Part shown: in pieces, positions 35,566 to 45,681 of the stretch | Numbering within the stretch: the first letter of the stretch is position 1 | Layout: each line of letters begins with the position of its first letter | From: Anaerolineae bacterium | GTDB taxonomy: Bacteria > Chloroflexota > Anaerolineae > Aggregatilineales > Phototrophicaceae | Direction of reading: 5' to 3' | DNA: 50,152 nucleotides | Assembly (NCBI GenBank): GCA_034408915.1 | Contig: DAOUGG010000042.1 | Location: 1-50,152 of the forward strand | Position numbers and translations under genes: made by a program | The notes under the pieces: model-generated | The model's input: the letters and a program-made list of their open reading frames with translations, nothing else | The model's database searches: none | Told to the model about the DNA's origin: nothing

Positions 35566-35832
35566 TTAGGCCCGGCGTATGGCGCGCAGGATCGCGATCA
35601 GGATGACGGCGCCAAGGAAGGCGGTCAGGATGCTGGGGACGTTCAGCTCTCCTGCCGGCGGAGGAGCAACGCCGAGCAACTGGAGCACGAACCCGCCGAT
35701 GAACGCGCCGACGATACCGATGATGATGTCTTCAAGGAGACCCTGAGAGCGATTCGTCCGCATGACGAGGCTGGCAAGCCACCCCGCAATCGCGCCGACA
35801 ATGATCCAGACGATGATATCGACAATGCCCAT
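35566..35832 (-). CDS. GlsB/YeaQ/YmgE family stress-response membrane protein
   Basis: 88 aa with two or three Gly-rich TM helices (VWIIVGAIAGWLA...). Confidence 0.8.
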   Translation of the reverse strand: MGIVDIIVWIIVGAIAGWLASLVMRTNRSQGLLEDIIIGIVGAFIGGFVLQLLGVAPPPAGELNVPSILTAFLGAVILIAILRAIRRA

Positions 35833-35911
35833 GGTTGTAGCCTCTCTGCGATGTACATAATTAACCCAGTAATTATATACACCATGTTATGCGAATTGTA
35901 AAGCAGCTAAC

Positions 35912-36529
35912 TCAACCTCGGAGCATTTCGAGATAGTCGCGCATATCATCGGGCGTGATTTCCCCGAATTTCGAGAAGCGGATGACGCCAGCCTCATCGA
36001 TCACAAAAGTGACCGGGATCGGGCTGACGCCGTAGCGTTCGGCGATCTCGTAGTACGGGTCGAGCAGGACCGGAAAGCCGCTGATTTCCCGCTCCGATAG
36101 AAAGGCGTTGACCTGATCATAGGTTTCCCCGATGTTAACCGCCAGCACAACCGGGCCATCTTCGGGCTGGCGTTCCATGAACGCCTGAAAAGCCGGCAGC
36201 TCTCGCTCACACGGCCCGCACCACGTCGCCCAAAAATTGAGGAAAACGATCCTCCCGCGATAGTCGGACAGCGCCGTCGTGGTCTGCTCCAGCGTCGGGG
36301 CGCTGAAGTCAGGCGCGGGCTGGCCGGAAAGCTGCGGGCGCGTCGCCAGCGGCGGCACGGTCACGGGCGCGGGCGTCGGCGGCGCAGGCGGCTGGCCGCT
36401 GTTTGCCAGAGTCATCGCCACGGCGGCAACCAACCCAAGAAGGGGAAACAGGAGAAAAATGAACAGCGCGGGCGCAGGGCCTCTGCGCGCCGGAGCGGAA
36501 GGTGAAACCTGCTTGTGCGGATCAGACAT
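35912..36529 (-). CDS. TlpA/ResA-like thiol-disulfide oxidoreductase (thioredoxin fold), membrane anchored
   Basis: WCGPC active site. N-terminal TM anchor and a Pro-rich linker. Confidence 0.8.
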   Translation of the reverse strand: MSDPHKQVSPSAPARRGPAPALFIFLLFPLLGLVAAVAMTLANSGQPPAPPTPAPVTVPPLATRPQLSGQPAPDFSAPTLEQTTTALSDYRGRIVFLNFWATWCGPCERELPAFQAFMERQPEDGPVVLAVNIGETYDQVNAFLSEREISGFPVLLDPYYEIAERYGVSPIPVTFVIDEAGVIRFSKFGEITPDDMRDYLEMLRG

Positions 36530-36594
36530 AGCGGTACGTTCCGATAACCATCATCTTGAGCTTGTCGTAAATTGCGTCATCTTCAGCCGGCGGG

Positions 36595-38037
36595 CTATGG
36601 CGCCCAGCGGGGATGGAAAGCATTTTCCGCGATGAGGGTCAGGGCGCGCGTTTCCACATCCATCACCCAGATTTCAGGGCGGCCCGCCGGATTGGGCTGT
36701 CCATCTTCAGTCAGTTCAGGGAAGCGCTGGATCACCAGCCGGTCGCCCAGCGGACTCCACGAAAAGAAGGCGTTGGCGTAGCGCGGATCATCCGTAAGCT
36801 GCTCGACCGATCCGTCCTCCGGGTTCATAAGAACGACCTGATAACCGCGGGTGTAGCGTTCGTCAAGATAGCGGCGGGCAACCGCAAGCGCACTGCCATC
36901 CGGTCGCCACTCGGCGCGATCATCATGCACGGGATCATCCGGGCTACTCAGGTTGCGGAGCTGCTGTGACATGAGGTCGGCCATTCGCAGGAAGGAACGT
37001 GTCTCCTGCCCTTCGACAAACGTCAGTTCTGGAAAGACAATCCGCGCGCCGTCAGGCGATAACGCGCCCGGGTTGCCGCTACGGCTTGGAACCGCCGTGA
37101 TTTCATTGGTTTCAAAGTCGTAGATCAGCAAGCCCTCATCGCGATTGTAGAGCGAAATACGCTGCCCATCCGCCGACCACTGCGGGCCATAGCCGAGAAC
37201 CTGCAGGTCGGAAAACAGCGGGCGTGTCGTCGCCGGGCTGGATGACAGGTCGAGCAGCCAGACACGCATCGGGCCGGGCCCCACGCTCTCCAGATCGCGG
37301 TTGTACTCCGTGCGATTGTAGGCAATAACGCGCCCATCCGGACGCCATACAGGTGATGTACAGTCCGCGTCCTGACAGTTCGTTAACTGGGTAATGCCAC
37401 CGGTTTCCAGATCAAGCAGTTTGATGTCGGACGTGCCGGTTTCGGCGTTGCGCTCGGCAAAGGCGATCCGGTTGCCGTCCGGGCTGACGCCGAAATCGTA
37501 GACGCCGGTCGGGCTGAACGTCACCTGAACCGCGCTTTCCGGGTCGTCGATACTGGCCAGCCAAATGTTATGCGGCGCACCGTCCGCCGGGGCCAGATAG
37601 GCAACGCGCGGCTGCGCTACTGAAAAACGATACCGGTGTTCGGACAGAACCTCTCGCCCCTGATCGGAGCGCGCGCCTTTTTCAAGGATCACCGTATAGG
37701 TCATGCCCGGTTGCAGCGGCGTGTGCGGCCGGAAACTGACGCTCGATCCGCTCCACGAAAATTCACCCTCCAGCGGCGGCTCGGTACGCAGGCGCGCCTC
37801 CACGCTCTCGCGATCCATCGGCTCGCTGAACTGGATCGTAATCGGGCTGGTACTACGGGCACGTTCCAGCGGCGCAACGCGAACCAGCGTCACGCCGACC
37901 CGGTCGCCCATCAGGATCGTCGCCGCCAGCCCAAGCAGCAGCAACCCGATGATCGCCAGCACGACCCGGTCGAAGCGCGTCAGCCTTACACGCCACACAC
38001 CGCCTTCCCGCCGGTCCACCAGTCCATTGTCATGCAT
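36595..38037 (-). CDS. TolB-like beta-propeller (PD40 repeat) protein with N-terminal TM and Ig-like domain
   Basis: Repeated SPDGxxIAF / WxPDG motifs. N-terminal TM helix. Confidence 0.7.
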   Translation of the reverse strand: MHDNGLVDRREGGVWRVRLTRFDRVVLAIIGLLLLGLAATILMGDRVGVTLVRVAPLERARSTSPITIQFSEPMDRESVEARLRTEPPLEGEFSWSGSSVSFRPHTPLQPGMTYTVILEKGARSDQGREVLSEHRYRFSVAQPRVAYLAPADGAPHNIWLASIDDPESAVQVTFSPTGVYDFGVSPDGNRIAFAERNAETGTSDIKLLDLETGGITQLTNCQDADCTSPVWRPDGRVIAYNRTEYNRDLESVGPGPMRVWLLDLSSSPATTRPLFSDLQVLGYGPQWSADGQRISLYNRDEGLLIYDFETNEITAVPSRSGNPGALSPDGARIVFPELTFVEGQETRSFLRMADLMSQQLRNLSSPDDPVHDDRAEWRPDGSALAVARRYLDERYTRGYQVVLMNPEDGSVEQLTDDPRYANAFFSWSPLGDRLVIQRFPELTEDGQPNPAGRPEIWVMDVETRALTLIAENAFHPRWAP

Positions 38038-38051
38038 AAAAGTAGCGCCCG

Positions 38052-38807
38052 TCAGGGATAGAGATAGGGATGCGCCGGTTGCTCGACCAACTCGACGCTG
38101 GTTGCCTTCAGGACCGGCACGCGCTCGCCCCGGAATTCCTCAACGACGAACTGGCCCTGCACGCGCACCCAGTCATCGGATTGCAACTCAGATGTGCCGC
38201 TCCAGATAACCGGCACGCCGATGGCCGAAGCGTCGGCGACGCAACAACTGACGGTGAACCGCGCCACCATAAAGCGATCTTCGCCAAAGTCAGGCTCGCG
38301 ATAGACAAAGCCGATCACGTCGGCGGGTTCTCCCGCGACCTCGTCATAGTCGGAAACCTTGCTGAAGACACGCAGCCAGTCGAGCACGTTGCGGCTCAAC
38401 GGCGGAATCGTGAAATCCGTCGTTGTCGCGCCAGTCACGCTCAGGCTGACATTGCCGGAAACCGCGTCCGCGCCGAGCGGCCGCGACGGCACGAGCGTGC
38501 CAAGCACCAGCGGCACGGCCACCAGCGCCAGCACTGGCCACGACATTTGTCCATGCCGGTGGTCGTGGTCGCCCGCGCCGGCATCCTCATGGCGGCGCGA
38601 GCGCAGCAGGTTCCACGCGCCGGACAGCGCCAGCAGCAAAAACAGGACAGCGGCAACATAGGACAGCCAGACGAAACGCGTGTTGATGTAATTCACCACA
38701 TTGCCGCTGGCGATATTCCAGATGAAATACAGGCCCAGCCCGAACAAAATCAGCGTCTTTAGCAAGGTTTGGCGGTCAAGGCCGTGATGGTTGTGAGTTG
38801 AACGCAT
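38052..38807 (-). CDS. TIGR03943-family His-rich membrane protein (partner of a DUF318-type permease)
   Basis: Two TM helices flanking a His/Asp-rich loop (HEDAGAGDHDHRHG). A C-terminal beta-rich domain contains a CC motif. Internal ATG at 38807. Confidence 0.55.
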   Translation of the reverse strand: MRSTHNHHGLDRQTLLKTLILFGLGLYFIWNIASGNVVNYINTRFVWLSYVAAVLFLLLALSGAWNLLRSRRHEDAGAGDHDHRHGQMSWPVLALVAVPLVLGTLVPSRPLGADAVSGNVSLSVTGATTTDFTIPPLSRNVLDWLRVFSKVSDYDEVAGEPADVIGFVYREPDFGEDRFMVARFTVSCCVADASAIGVPVIWSGTSELQSDDWVRVQGQFVVEEFRGERVPVLKATSVELVEQPAHPYLYP

Positions 38808-38824
38808 GGCAGAACAGAGACGTC

Positions 38825-39892
38825 TCAAACGAACGAGATGTTCAGATTGATCCACACGCCGATGAGCAGCGTCATCAGCAGCGGCAGCAAAATCAGATAG
38901 AGCACGATCCGGCGCTGGAACACGCCCAGAAACATGAGCATGCTTTTGATATCGACCATCGGGCCGAAGGTCAGAAACGCCAGAATCGAGCCGGTCGTGA
39001 ACGAGCCGACAAACGCCAGCGCCAGGAATGCGTCGACCGTCGAGCACACGCTGAGGAGAAACGCCAGCGCCTGTTGTACCAGCACGGATACCACCGGCCC
39101 CCGCCCCAACGCCAGCAGCACGTCCTGGCTGACCAGCGTTTGCATGGCCGCCGCCAGCAGCGACCCGGTCACCAGATAGCGCCCCATTTCAAAATACTCG
39201 TCGCCCGCCATCCGCAGCGCGTCCCGCAGCCCGGCAACCAGCGGCTTGCGCGGCGCGCGCGCATACAGCGGAATGACGTCGGTCGAACCGCCGGCCACCG
39301 GCATCAGCGCCGCGGGGCGCAGAACCTCCTGTGGCCGTCCCGCGAAAGCGAACACCAGCCCGACGCCGACCGCCACCATCGCGGTGATGACAAAACGCCC
39401 GACCAGTACCGGCCCAGCCCCGAAGGCGACAAAGGTGCTGGCCAGCACAATCGGGTTCATGACCGGCGCAGCCAGCAGAAACGTTACGCCGACCGATAGC
39501 GGCAGTCCTTTAGTGAACAGGCGGCGCACCACCGGCACGACGCCACATTCGCAGACCGGAAAGGCAAAGCCCATGAACGCGCCTGCCAGCGTCGCCAGAA
39601 CCGGGTTGCGCGGCATCCAGCGCGCGATGTCATCAGCGGTGACAAACGACTCGATCAGGCCGGAAACGACGGTGCCGAGCAGGAGAAACGGCGCCGCTTC
39701 GATGAAAATGCCCAGAAAACGGGTGGTGAAGATGCCGAGGATCGCGCCTACGTCCTGCCCTGTCCCCAGCACCGCCGCGATCACAACCGCTGCCAGCCCC
39801 AGACCGGCCAGCCAGTAAGACAGGCGACGTAACGACATTCGTGTCCGTGCGACCATAGCCTCCCACGGCAACTCATGTGCAACGCGCCTCAT
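38825..39892 (-). CDS. DUF318/YraQ-type permease (two-component membrane permease complex subunit). Start uncertain (39838, 39856 or 39892).
   Basis: Eight to ten TM helices with an internal repeat. Confidence 0.6.
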   Translation of the reverse strand: MRRVAHELPWEAMVARTRMSLRRLSYWLAGLGLAAVVIAAVLGTGQDVGAILGIFTTRFLGIFIEAAPFLLLGTVVSGLIESFVTADDIARWMPRNPVLATLAGAFMGFAFPVCECGVVPVVRRLFTKGLPLSVGVTFLLAAPVMNPIVLASTFVAFGAGPVLVGRFVITAMVAVGVGLVFAFAGRPQEVLRPAALMPVAGGSTDVIPLYARAPRKPLVAGLRDALRMAGDEYFEMGRYLVTGSLLAAAMQTLVSQDVLLALGRGPVVSVLVQQALAFLLSVCSTVDAFLALAFVGSFTTGSILAFLTFGPMVDIKSMLMFLGVFQRRIVLYLILLPLLMTLLIGVWINLNISFV

Positions 39893-40096
39893 TTTAGCAA
39901 GTCGTTTGAGCGGATGGAGGCATCGCAGATGAGCAGATGATAAGCACCTTGCCTTCCGGCTTAAAAACCGGCTGCTTTATCGTAAATGCGAAATTTGTTA
40001 CACTGTATTGCATTACGCAATTTAGAAATAACGCGCCGACAGCTTCAGGACATGAACCCTAGCGTCTCAGCAATCGGTTAAACCGGGAATCTTTCG

Positions 40097-43000
40097 ATGC
40101 AAAGCATGTCCGGAAGGTCGAAACTTACAAACATCCTCGCTAATTGCGGCGAGATAAGCGCGCTGGTGCACGAAACTGACTGGTCGGCGACGCCGTTCGG
40201 GCCGTTGGAGGTTTGGCCACCAAGCCTTCAGACCGCCGCCAGCCTCTGCCTCTGCTCGCGTTCCCCCGCCCTGATCTGGTGGGGCCCCGAATTCAACCTG
40301 ATTTACAACGACGCCTGCAGGCTAATGCTGGGCGCGACCGAACATCCGAGGGCCATGGGCCAACCCGGCCGCAACTGCTGGCCGGAAATCTGGTGTCTCA
40401 TCGGCCCGATGCTGGATCAGGTCTATCGCGAAGGCGTGGCGAACGGGGCGGACGATCAAATGCTGTCGCTCAACCGCGATGGCTTCATTGAAGAGCGCTA
40501 CTTTACCTTCTCCAACAGCCCGATCTTCGACGAGTCCGGCGGTGTTGGCGGCGTCTTCACCATGATGACGGAAACCACCCACCGCGTCCTGCGCGAGCGC
40601 CGGCTGAGCACCCTGAGCGCGCTGGCGGATGAACCGGCCAAAGCGCAGACAATCGAGGAAGCGTGTGACCTCATCGTCAGGGTGCTGGCGAAAAATCCGC
40701 TGGATGTGCCATTCGCCCTGCTCTATCTGACCGGCAGGGATCGACGCCGGGCCGAACTGGCGGGCACGACGGGCATCGCTCAGGATACAACCTTCAGCCC
40801 TGCTACCATTGACCTGCTGGATGCACAGGAACCGGCATGGCCACTGGCCAAAGCCGCCGCCAGCCGCGAACCGCTGCTGTTGAACGACCTGACCGAGCGC
40901 TTCCCCTCGGTTCCACAAGGGCCGTGGCCCGAACCGCCTGAGCGCGCGCTGGTGATTCCGCTGCCGGACGGGACCGAACCTCTGCCAGCTGGCTTCTTCA
41001 TCGCCGGTCTCAGCGCGCGGCTGGCGCTCGATGAGGAATACCGGTCGTTTCTGGAACGGGCCGCCCGGCGTATAGCTTCCGCCATCAGCAACGCGAGCGC
41101 GCTGGAAGCCAGGCGCAAACAGGCCAAAGCGCCGGATGATGACGCCCTGACGCCTGTTACTCCCGGCGAAACTACGGGATTCTCGGCGCTGACGCCGCAG
41201 CCCGCAGGCGAAACCGCCGCGCGCGTGCTCGTGGTGGATCCCGACGCCAGCATACGGGACGAGCTGTACCGGCTCCTGAGCGAACGCTATATCGTCGAAC
41301 TGGCGGCTGAAGGGGAGCAGGCGCTGGCAGCGGCGCGCAGACAGCCGCCCGATATGGTCATCAGCGACGTCATGCTGCCGGGGCTGGACGGTCTTGAACT
41401 CCTGCGCGCGCTGCGCGGCGATCCGGAGACGCAGGCCATCCCGGTCATGCTGCTGTCGGCGCGGGCGGAAGAAGAAACGCGCATCGAAGGTCTGGAAGCA
41501 GGTGCGGACGACTTTCTGGCGAAACCGTTTTCAGCCCGCGAACTGCTGGCACGAGTTGAGGCGCGGCTCCAGATCGCCCAGCTTCAGCGCGAAAAGCTGG
41601 CTCAGGAGCAGGCCGCGCGCCTGCAAACGGAAGTCATTCTTGAAAGCATCAGCGACGCCTTTTACACGGTTGACCGCGAATGGCGCTTCCTTTACGTCAA
41701 CCGGCGGGCCGAACAACTGTGGGGCCGGGACCGCGGGTCGCTAATCGGGAAATGTATATGGGACGAGTTTCCCGAAGGCCCGTCCACGGCCGCTTATCAC
41801 ATGCTGCACCACGCCATGCAAACCCGGACGACCGTCCAGTTCGAAACCTATTCGCAATTTCTGGATGCGTGGGTCGAGATCAACATCTATCCGACTGAAA
41901 ACGGGCTGTCGGTTTACTTCCGTGATATTTCCGAGCGCAAACGCAACGAGCATGCGCTCGTGGAAAGCCAGATGCTCATCCAGCGCATCGCCAACGCCAT
42001 TCCCGACATCGTGTATGTCTACGATCTGGCGCAGGATCGCGTCATCTACGTCAATCGCGAAATCGAAACCAGCCTCGGCTACCGGCCCGAAGAGGTGGAG
42101 CGGATGCAGGCATCGTTCTTTGAAACCACCCTGCACCCGCAAGACATCGCCGCCTTTCGCGCCCGCGCCGAACGTTTCGCGACCGCCGGTGATGCCGATG
42201 TGATCGAGGTCGAGTTCCGGCTGCGAAACGTCAGCGGCCAATGGCGCTGGTTCCACAGCCGCGAAACGATTTTCACCCGGCGCGAAGACGGCTCACCGCT
42301 CTCGGTCGTCGGCTCCGCGCAGGACATCACCGAACGGCGTCAGGTCGAGGAGCAGGCGCGCCTGCTGAGAGCGGTCAACGAAGCGCTGCTGGACGCGCTG
42401 ACAATCGAGGATGTCGCCGAGGTCATCGTATCGACGGTGGTCGGGACGATGAGCGGCCATATCGGCGGCGTGTACTGGCTGAGCGACGACGGGCAGACGC
42501 TCCACCTGCTGACGCATTCCACCCTGCCGAGGGCGTTCCGCGAGGCGTTTCAGCGCGTCGACGTCAACGACGACAACCCGCTCAGCGCCGTCGTGCGGAG
42601 CGGCGAACCGATCTGGTTTGAAAACATGGCCCGGTACGTCGAGGATTTCCCTGAGTACGCCCACATGATTCACACCTATGGCGTCGCGGCGGGAGCCATT
42701 GTTCCGCTGCAACTGAGCGGGGTGACGCGCGGAGCCTTTGCGATCGGTTTCGAGCAAGCGCGCAGCTTCTCCGAAATCAATCGCACAACGCTGCTTGCCG
42801 TCGCGCGGCAGTGCGGTCAGGCGCTGGAACGCGCGCTGCTCCACGAAGCCGAGCGGCAGGCGCGACGCAGCGCCGAAGCGGCGCAGGCGCGGCTGGCATT
42901 TCTGGCCGATGCCAGCGCGGCGCTGGTCGACTCGCTCGATTTTCGCGTGACGCTGCAGGAATTCGCGCGCACGGTCGTCCCGACCTTCGCCGATTACGTC

Positions 43001-44137
43001 TGTATTGATCTGCTCCAGCCCAGTGGCGAAATCGAGCGGGTGTGCGTGCGACACGCCAACCCGGAGCTTGAGACGCTGCTCGCGCGGGCCAGCGCCACCG
43101 CGCCGGTACGTATCGACGCCATCCGGGGCGCAGGCCGCGTTATCCGCACCGGCCTCACAGAAACCGATAACCGTTTTGGCGAAGCGGCGATTGCACACGA
43201 CATTCAGGACCCGGTACACCAGCAGGTCTTACGCGCCATGAACGTGCATTCCTACACCATCGCGCCGCTGACGGCGCGGGGACGCACGTTCGGCGCAATC
43301 ACCTTCGGGTCGTCGCTGCCCGACCGCTACACGCCGGACGACGTGCGGCTGGCGGAGGAAATTGGCCGGCGCGTGGCCCTGTCGGTGCTGAACGCGCAGT
43401 TGTTCGGCGACGAGCAGCGGGCGCGCATGCAGGCGGAAAAAGCCGACGAAATGAAGCTGCAGTTTCTGGGCATGGTGTCGCACGAACTGCGAACGCCGCT
43501 GGCTTCCATCAAGGGCTTCGCATCGACGCTGCTGGCGGACGACATCACGCTGGACGCCCACTTACAGCGCGATTTTCTGGAAATCATCGATCAGGAAGCC
43601 GACAAGCTGCGCGACCTGATCGACCAGTTGCTGGATCTGTCGCGTCTGGAAGCCGGAACGCTAAGTATCAGGCCGGAACCCCATGCCTTCAGAGAAGTCC
43701 TTGAATCGGCCGCCGCGCAACTCAGCGCGATGTGTACGGAGCATCGCTTGATTCTCGACGTGGACAGGGAATTGCCGTGGGTGCTGGTCGATCGGGATCG
43801 GATCGCGCAAGTTCTGGTGAACCTCGTATCCAACGCGACCAAGCATGCGCCCCCCGCGACCCGGATCACCATCAGCGCTTACCCGGAGAACGCGTGGTTG
43901 CGTATCGACGTCAGCGATGAAGGGCCGGGCATTCCCGACGAAGCCCGCGACTACATTTTCGAGGCGTTCCGTCAGGTCGAAACGGCTCATGCGAAGAAAG
44001 GCGCGGGGCTTGGCCTCGCGATCTGCAAGGGACTGGTCGAGCGGCACGGCGGCCGCATCTGGATTGCCGACAGGCGCGGGCCGGGCGCGACGCTGTCGTT
44101 TACCCTGCCGGTAGTCCAGACCGAAACCTACACCTAG
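40097..44137 (+). CDS. hybrid sensor histidine kinase: N-terminal PAS-like domain, GAF-like domain, internal REC, PAS, PAS, GAF, GAF, HisKA, HATPase_c
   Basis: REC at about 41222-41566 with D423 (VISDVMLPGLDG...KPF). H-box MVSHELRTPL (His codon at 43481). N, G1 and G2 boxes in the C-terminal 200 aa. Confidence 0.9.
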   Translation: MQSMSGRSKLTNILANCGEISALVHETDWSATPFGPLEVWPPSLQTAASLCLCSRSPALIWWGPEFNLIYNDACRLMLGATEHPRAMGQPGRNCWPEIWCLIGPMLDQVYREGVANGADDQMLSLNRDGFIEERYFTFSNSPIFDESGGVGGVFTMMTETTHRVLRERRLSTLSALADEPAKAQTIEEACDLIVRVLAKNPLDVPFALLYLTGRDRRRAELAGTTGIAQDTTFSPATIDLLDAQEPAWPLAKAAASREPLLLNDLTERFPSVPQGPWPEPPERALVIPLPDGTEPLPAGFFIAGLSARLALDEEYRSFLERAARRIASAISNASALEARRKQAKAPDDDALTPVTPGETTGFSALTPQPAGETAARVLVVDPDASIRDELYRLLSERYIVELAAEGEQALAAARRQPPDMVISDVMLPGLDGLELLRALRGDPETQAIPVMLLSARAEEETRIEGLEAGADDFLAKPFSARELLARVEARLQIAQLQREKLAQEQAARLQTEVILESISDAFYTVDREWRFLYVNRRAEQLWGRDRGSLIGKCIWDEFPEGPSTAAYHMLHHAMQTRTTVQFETYSQFLDAWVEINIYPTENGLSVYFRDISERKRNEHALVESQMLIQRIANAIPDIVYVYDLAQDRVIYVNREIETSLGYRPEEVERMQASFFETTLHPQDIAAFRARAERFATAGDADVIEVEFRLRNVSGQWRWFHSRETIFTRREDGSPLSVVGSAQDITERRQVEEQARLLRAVNEALLDALTIEDVAEVIVSTVVGTMSGHIGGVYWLSDDGQTLHLLTHSTLPRAFREAFQRVDVNDDNPLSAVVRSGEPIWFENMARYVEDFPEYAHMIHTYGVAAGAIVPLQLSGVTRGAFAIGFEQARSFSEINRTTLLAVARQCGQALERALLHEAERQARRSAEAAQARLAFLADASAALVDSLDFRVTLQEFARTVVPTFADYVCIDLLQPSGEIERVCVRHANPELETLLARASATAPVRIDAIRGAGRVIRTGLTETDNRFGEAAIAHDIQDPVHQQVLRAMNVHSYTIAPLTARGRTFGAITFGSSLPDRYTPDDVRLAEEIGRRVALSVLNAQLFGDEQRARMQAEKADEMKLQFLGMVSHELRTPLASIKGFASTLLADDITLDAHLQRDFLEIIDQEADKLRDLIDQLLDLSRLEAGTLSIRPEPHAFREVLESAAAQLSAMCTEHRLILDVDRELPWVLVDRDRIAQVLVNLVSNATKHAPPATRITISAYPENAWLRIDVSDEGPGIPDEARDYIFEAFRQVETAHAKKGAGLGLAICKGLVERHGGRIWIADRRGPGATLSFTLPVVQTETYT

Positions 44138-45516
44138 TCTTTCGGCACGGCAATCGCCAGCGCCTCGCCGATATTACGCACTTCTACCAGTTGCAAGCCC
44201 TTCGGCGCATCGACGACCTTACGGCGCAGGCGCGGCGTCATAACGCGCTTGAAGCCCAGTTTCGCGGCTTCCGCCAGCCGCGCCGCAAGCTGCCCGACTG
44301 TCCGCAGTTCGCCGCTCAGCCCGATCTCGCCGACGAACGCCATGTCCGCCGGCGTTGGCTGGTTGAAATAGCTGGATGCCAGCGCCACCGCCATCGCCAG
44401 ATCGGAAGCAGGTTCATCGACGTTCAGGCCGCCCACGACATTGATGAAGATGTCCTGTTCGTGCAGCTTGAGACCGAGTCGCTTGCTCAGAACGGCGCTG
44501 ATGAGCAACAGGCGGTTGTAATCGACGCCGTTGGGCGTGCGCCGGGGATTGCCAAAGGTTGTCTGGCTGGTGAGCGCCTGAATTTCGACCAGCAGGGGCC
44601 GGGTCCCTTCCATCGTCACGGCGATGGCCGTACCCGGCGCGGCGACCACGCGCTCGGCCAGAAACGCCTCGGAAGGATTGGGAACTTCGGCCATACCCAT
44701 GCCGGTCATCTCAAAAACGCCGACCTCGCTGGTCGCGCCAAAACGGTTCTTGACGCTCCGCAGCAGGCGGTACGACTGGAACGGGTCCCCCTCCAGATAA
44801 AGCACCGTGTCTACCAGATGTTCGAGCACGCGCGGCCCGGCGATGTTGCCCTCTTTGGTCACGTGGCCGACCAGAAAGACGCTCACGCCGCTGGTTTTGG
44901 CCAGCATCTGCAGACGCGAGGCGCATTCCCGCACCTGGCTGACGCTGCCCGGCGACGACTCGCTATCGTCGGTATACATCGTCTGGATCGAGTCGATAAC
45001 CAGCACCGTCGGGTCGATGTTGTAGACGTGATCGAGAATCGTTTTGATGTTGGTCTCGGTGACCAGAAACAGGTCATCAGTCTCCAGCTTCAGCCGGTCG
45101 GCGCGCATCTTGATCTGCCGGGCGCTTTCCTCGCCACTGCAATACAGCACCCGCCCGGCAGTCTGCGCCAGCGCTGCCGATGTCTGGATCAGGATCGTCG
45201 ATTTGCCGATCCCCGGCTCGCCGCCGATCAGAATAATGCTGCCCGGCACAATGCCGCCGCCGAGCACACGGTTGAACTCGCCCATCGGCACGAGCAGGCG
45301 CTGACCTTCCTCAGTGTTGACCTCGGTCAGCCGCTGCGGGGCAGAGTTGGGCAGCACGACGCGCGGCTGCATGGCGCGCGCTCCGGGCCGGCTGACTTCA
45401 ATGATTTCCTCGACCATTGTGTTGAATTCACCGCAGCTTGGGCAGCGCCCCATGTACCGGAGTGACTGCTTGCCGCATTCCTGGCATACCCAGCGAGAAC
45501 GCGTTTTTGTCGCCAT
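44134..45516 (-). CDS. radA: DNA repair protein RadA (Sms)
   Basis: N-terminal C4 zinc finger (CQECG...CPSCGEF). RecA-like Walker A GEPGIGKST. KNRFG motif. Lon-like C-terminus. Confidence 0.95.
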   Translation of the reverse strand: MATKTRSRWVCQECGKQSLRYMGRCPSCGEFNTMVEEIIEVSRPGARAMQPRVVLPNSAPQRLTEVNTEEGQRLLVPMGEFNRVLGGGIVPGSIILIGGEPGIGKSTILIQTSAALAQTAGRVLYCSGEESARQIKMRADRLKLETDDLFLVTETNIKTILDHVYNIDPTVLVIDSIQTMYTDDSESSPGSVSQVRECASRLQMLAKTSGVSVFLVGHVTKEGNIAGPRVLEHLVDTVLYLEGDPFQSYRLLRSVKNRFGATSEVGVFEMTGMGMAEVPNPSEAFLAERVVAAPGTAIAVTMEGTRPLLVEIQALTSQTTFGNPRRTPNGVDYNRLLLISAVLSKRLGLKLHEQDIFINVVGGLNVDEPASDLAMAVALASSYFNQPTPADMAFVGEIGLSGELRTVGQLAARLAEAAKLGFKRVMTPRLRRKVVDAPKGLQLVEVRNIGEALAIAVPKD

Positions 45517-45533
45517 CCACCCATCCGCCTGCT

Positions 45534-45547
45534 AGAACATTCGTTCT
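45534..45547. promoter_or_regulatory. putative LexA (Cheo-type) SOS box AGAACATTCGTTCT
   Basis: Perfect GAAC-N4-GTTC palindrome 18 nt upstream of the radA start codon. Confidence 0.5.
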
Positions 45548-45681
45548 GAGATTATACTCGATCATCGAGCTGGAAGCCAAACGGATTATAACGACGTGCG
45601 GCCCGCGATTGCTTCTCATGATGGGAAATGGCATAATCTCCGCCAGTCTTTCCGAGATGAATAGCAATCAAAGGCGGAACT

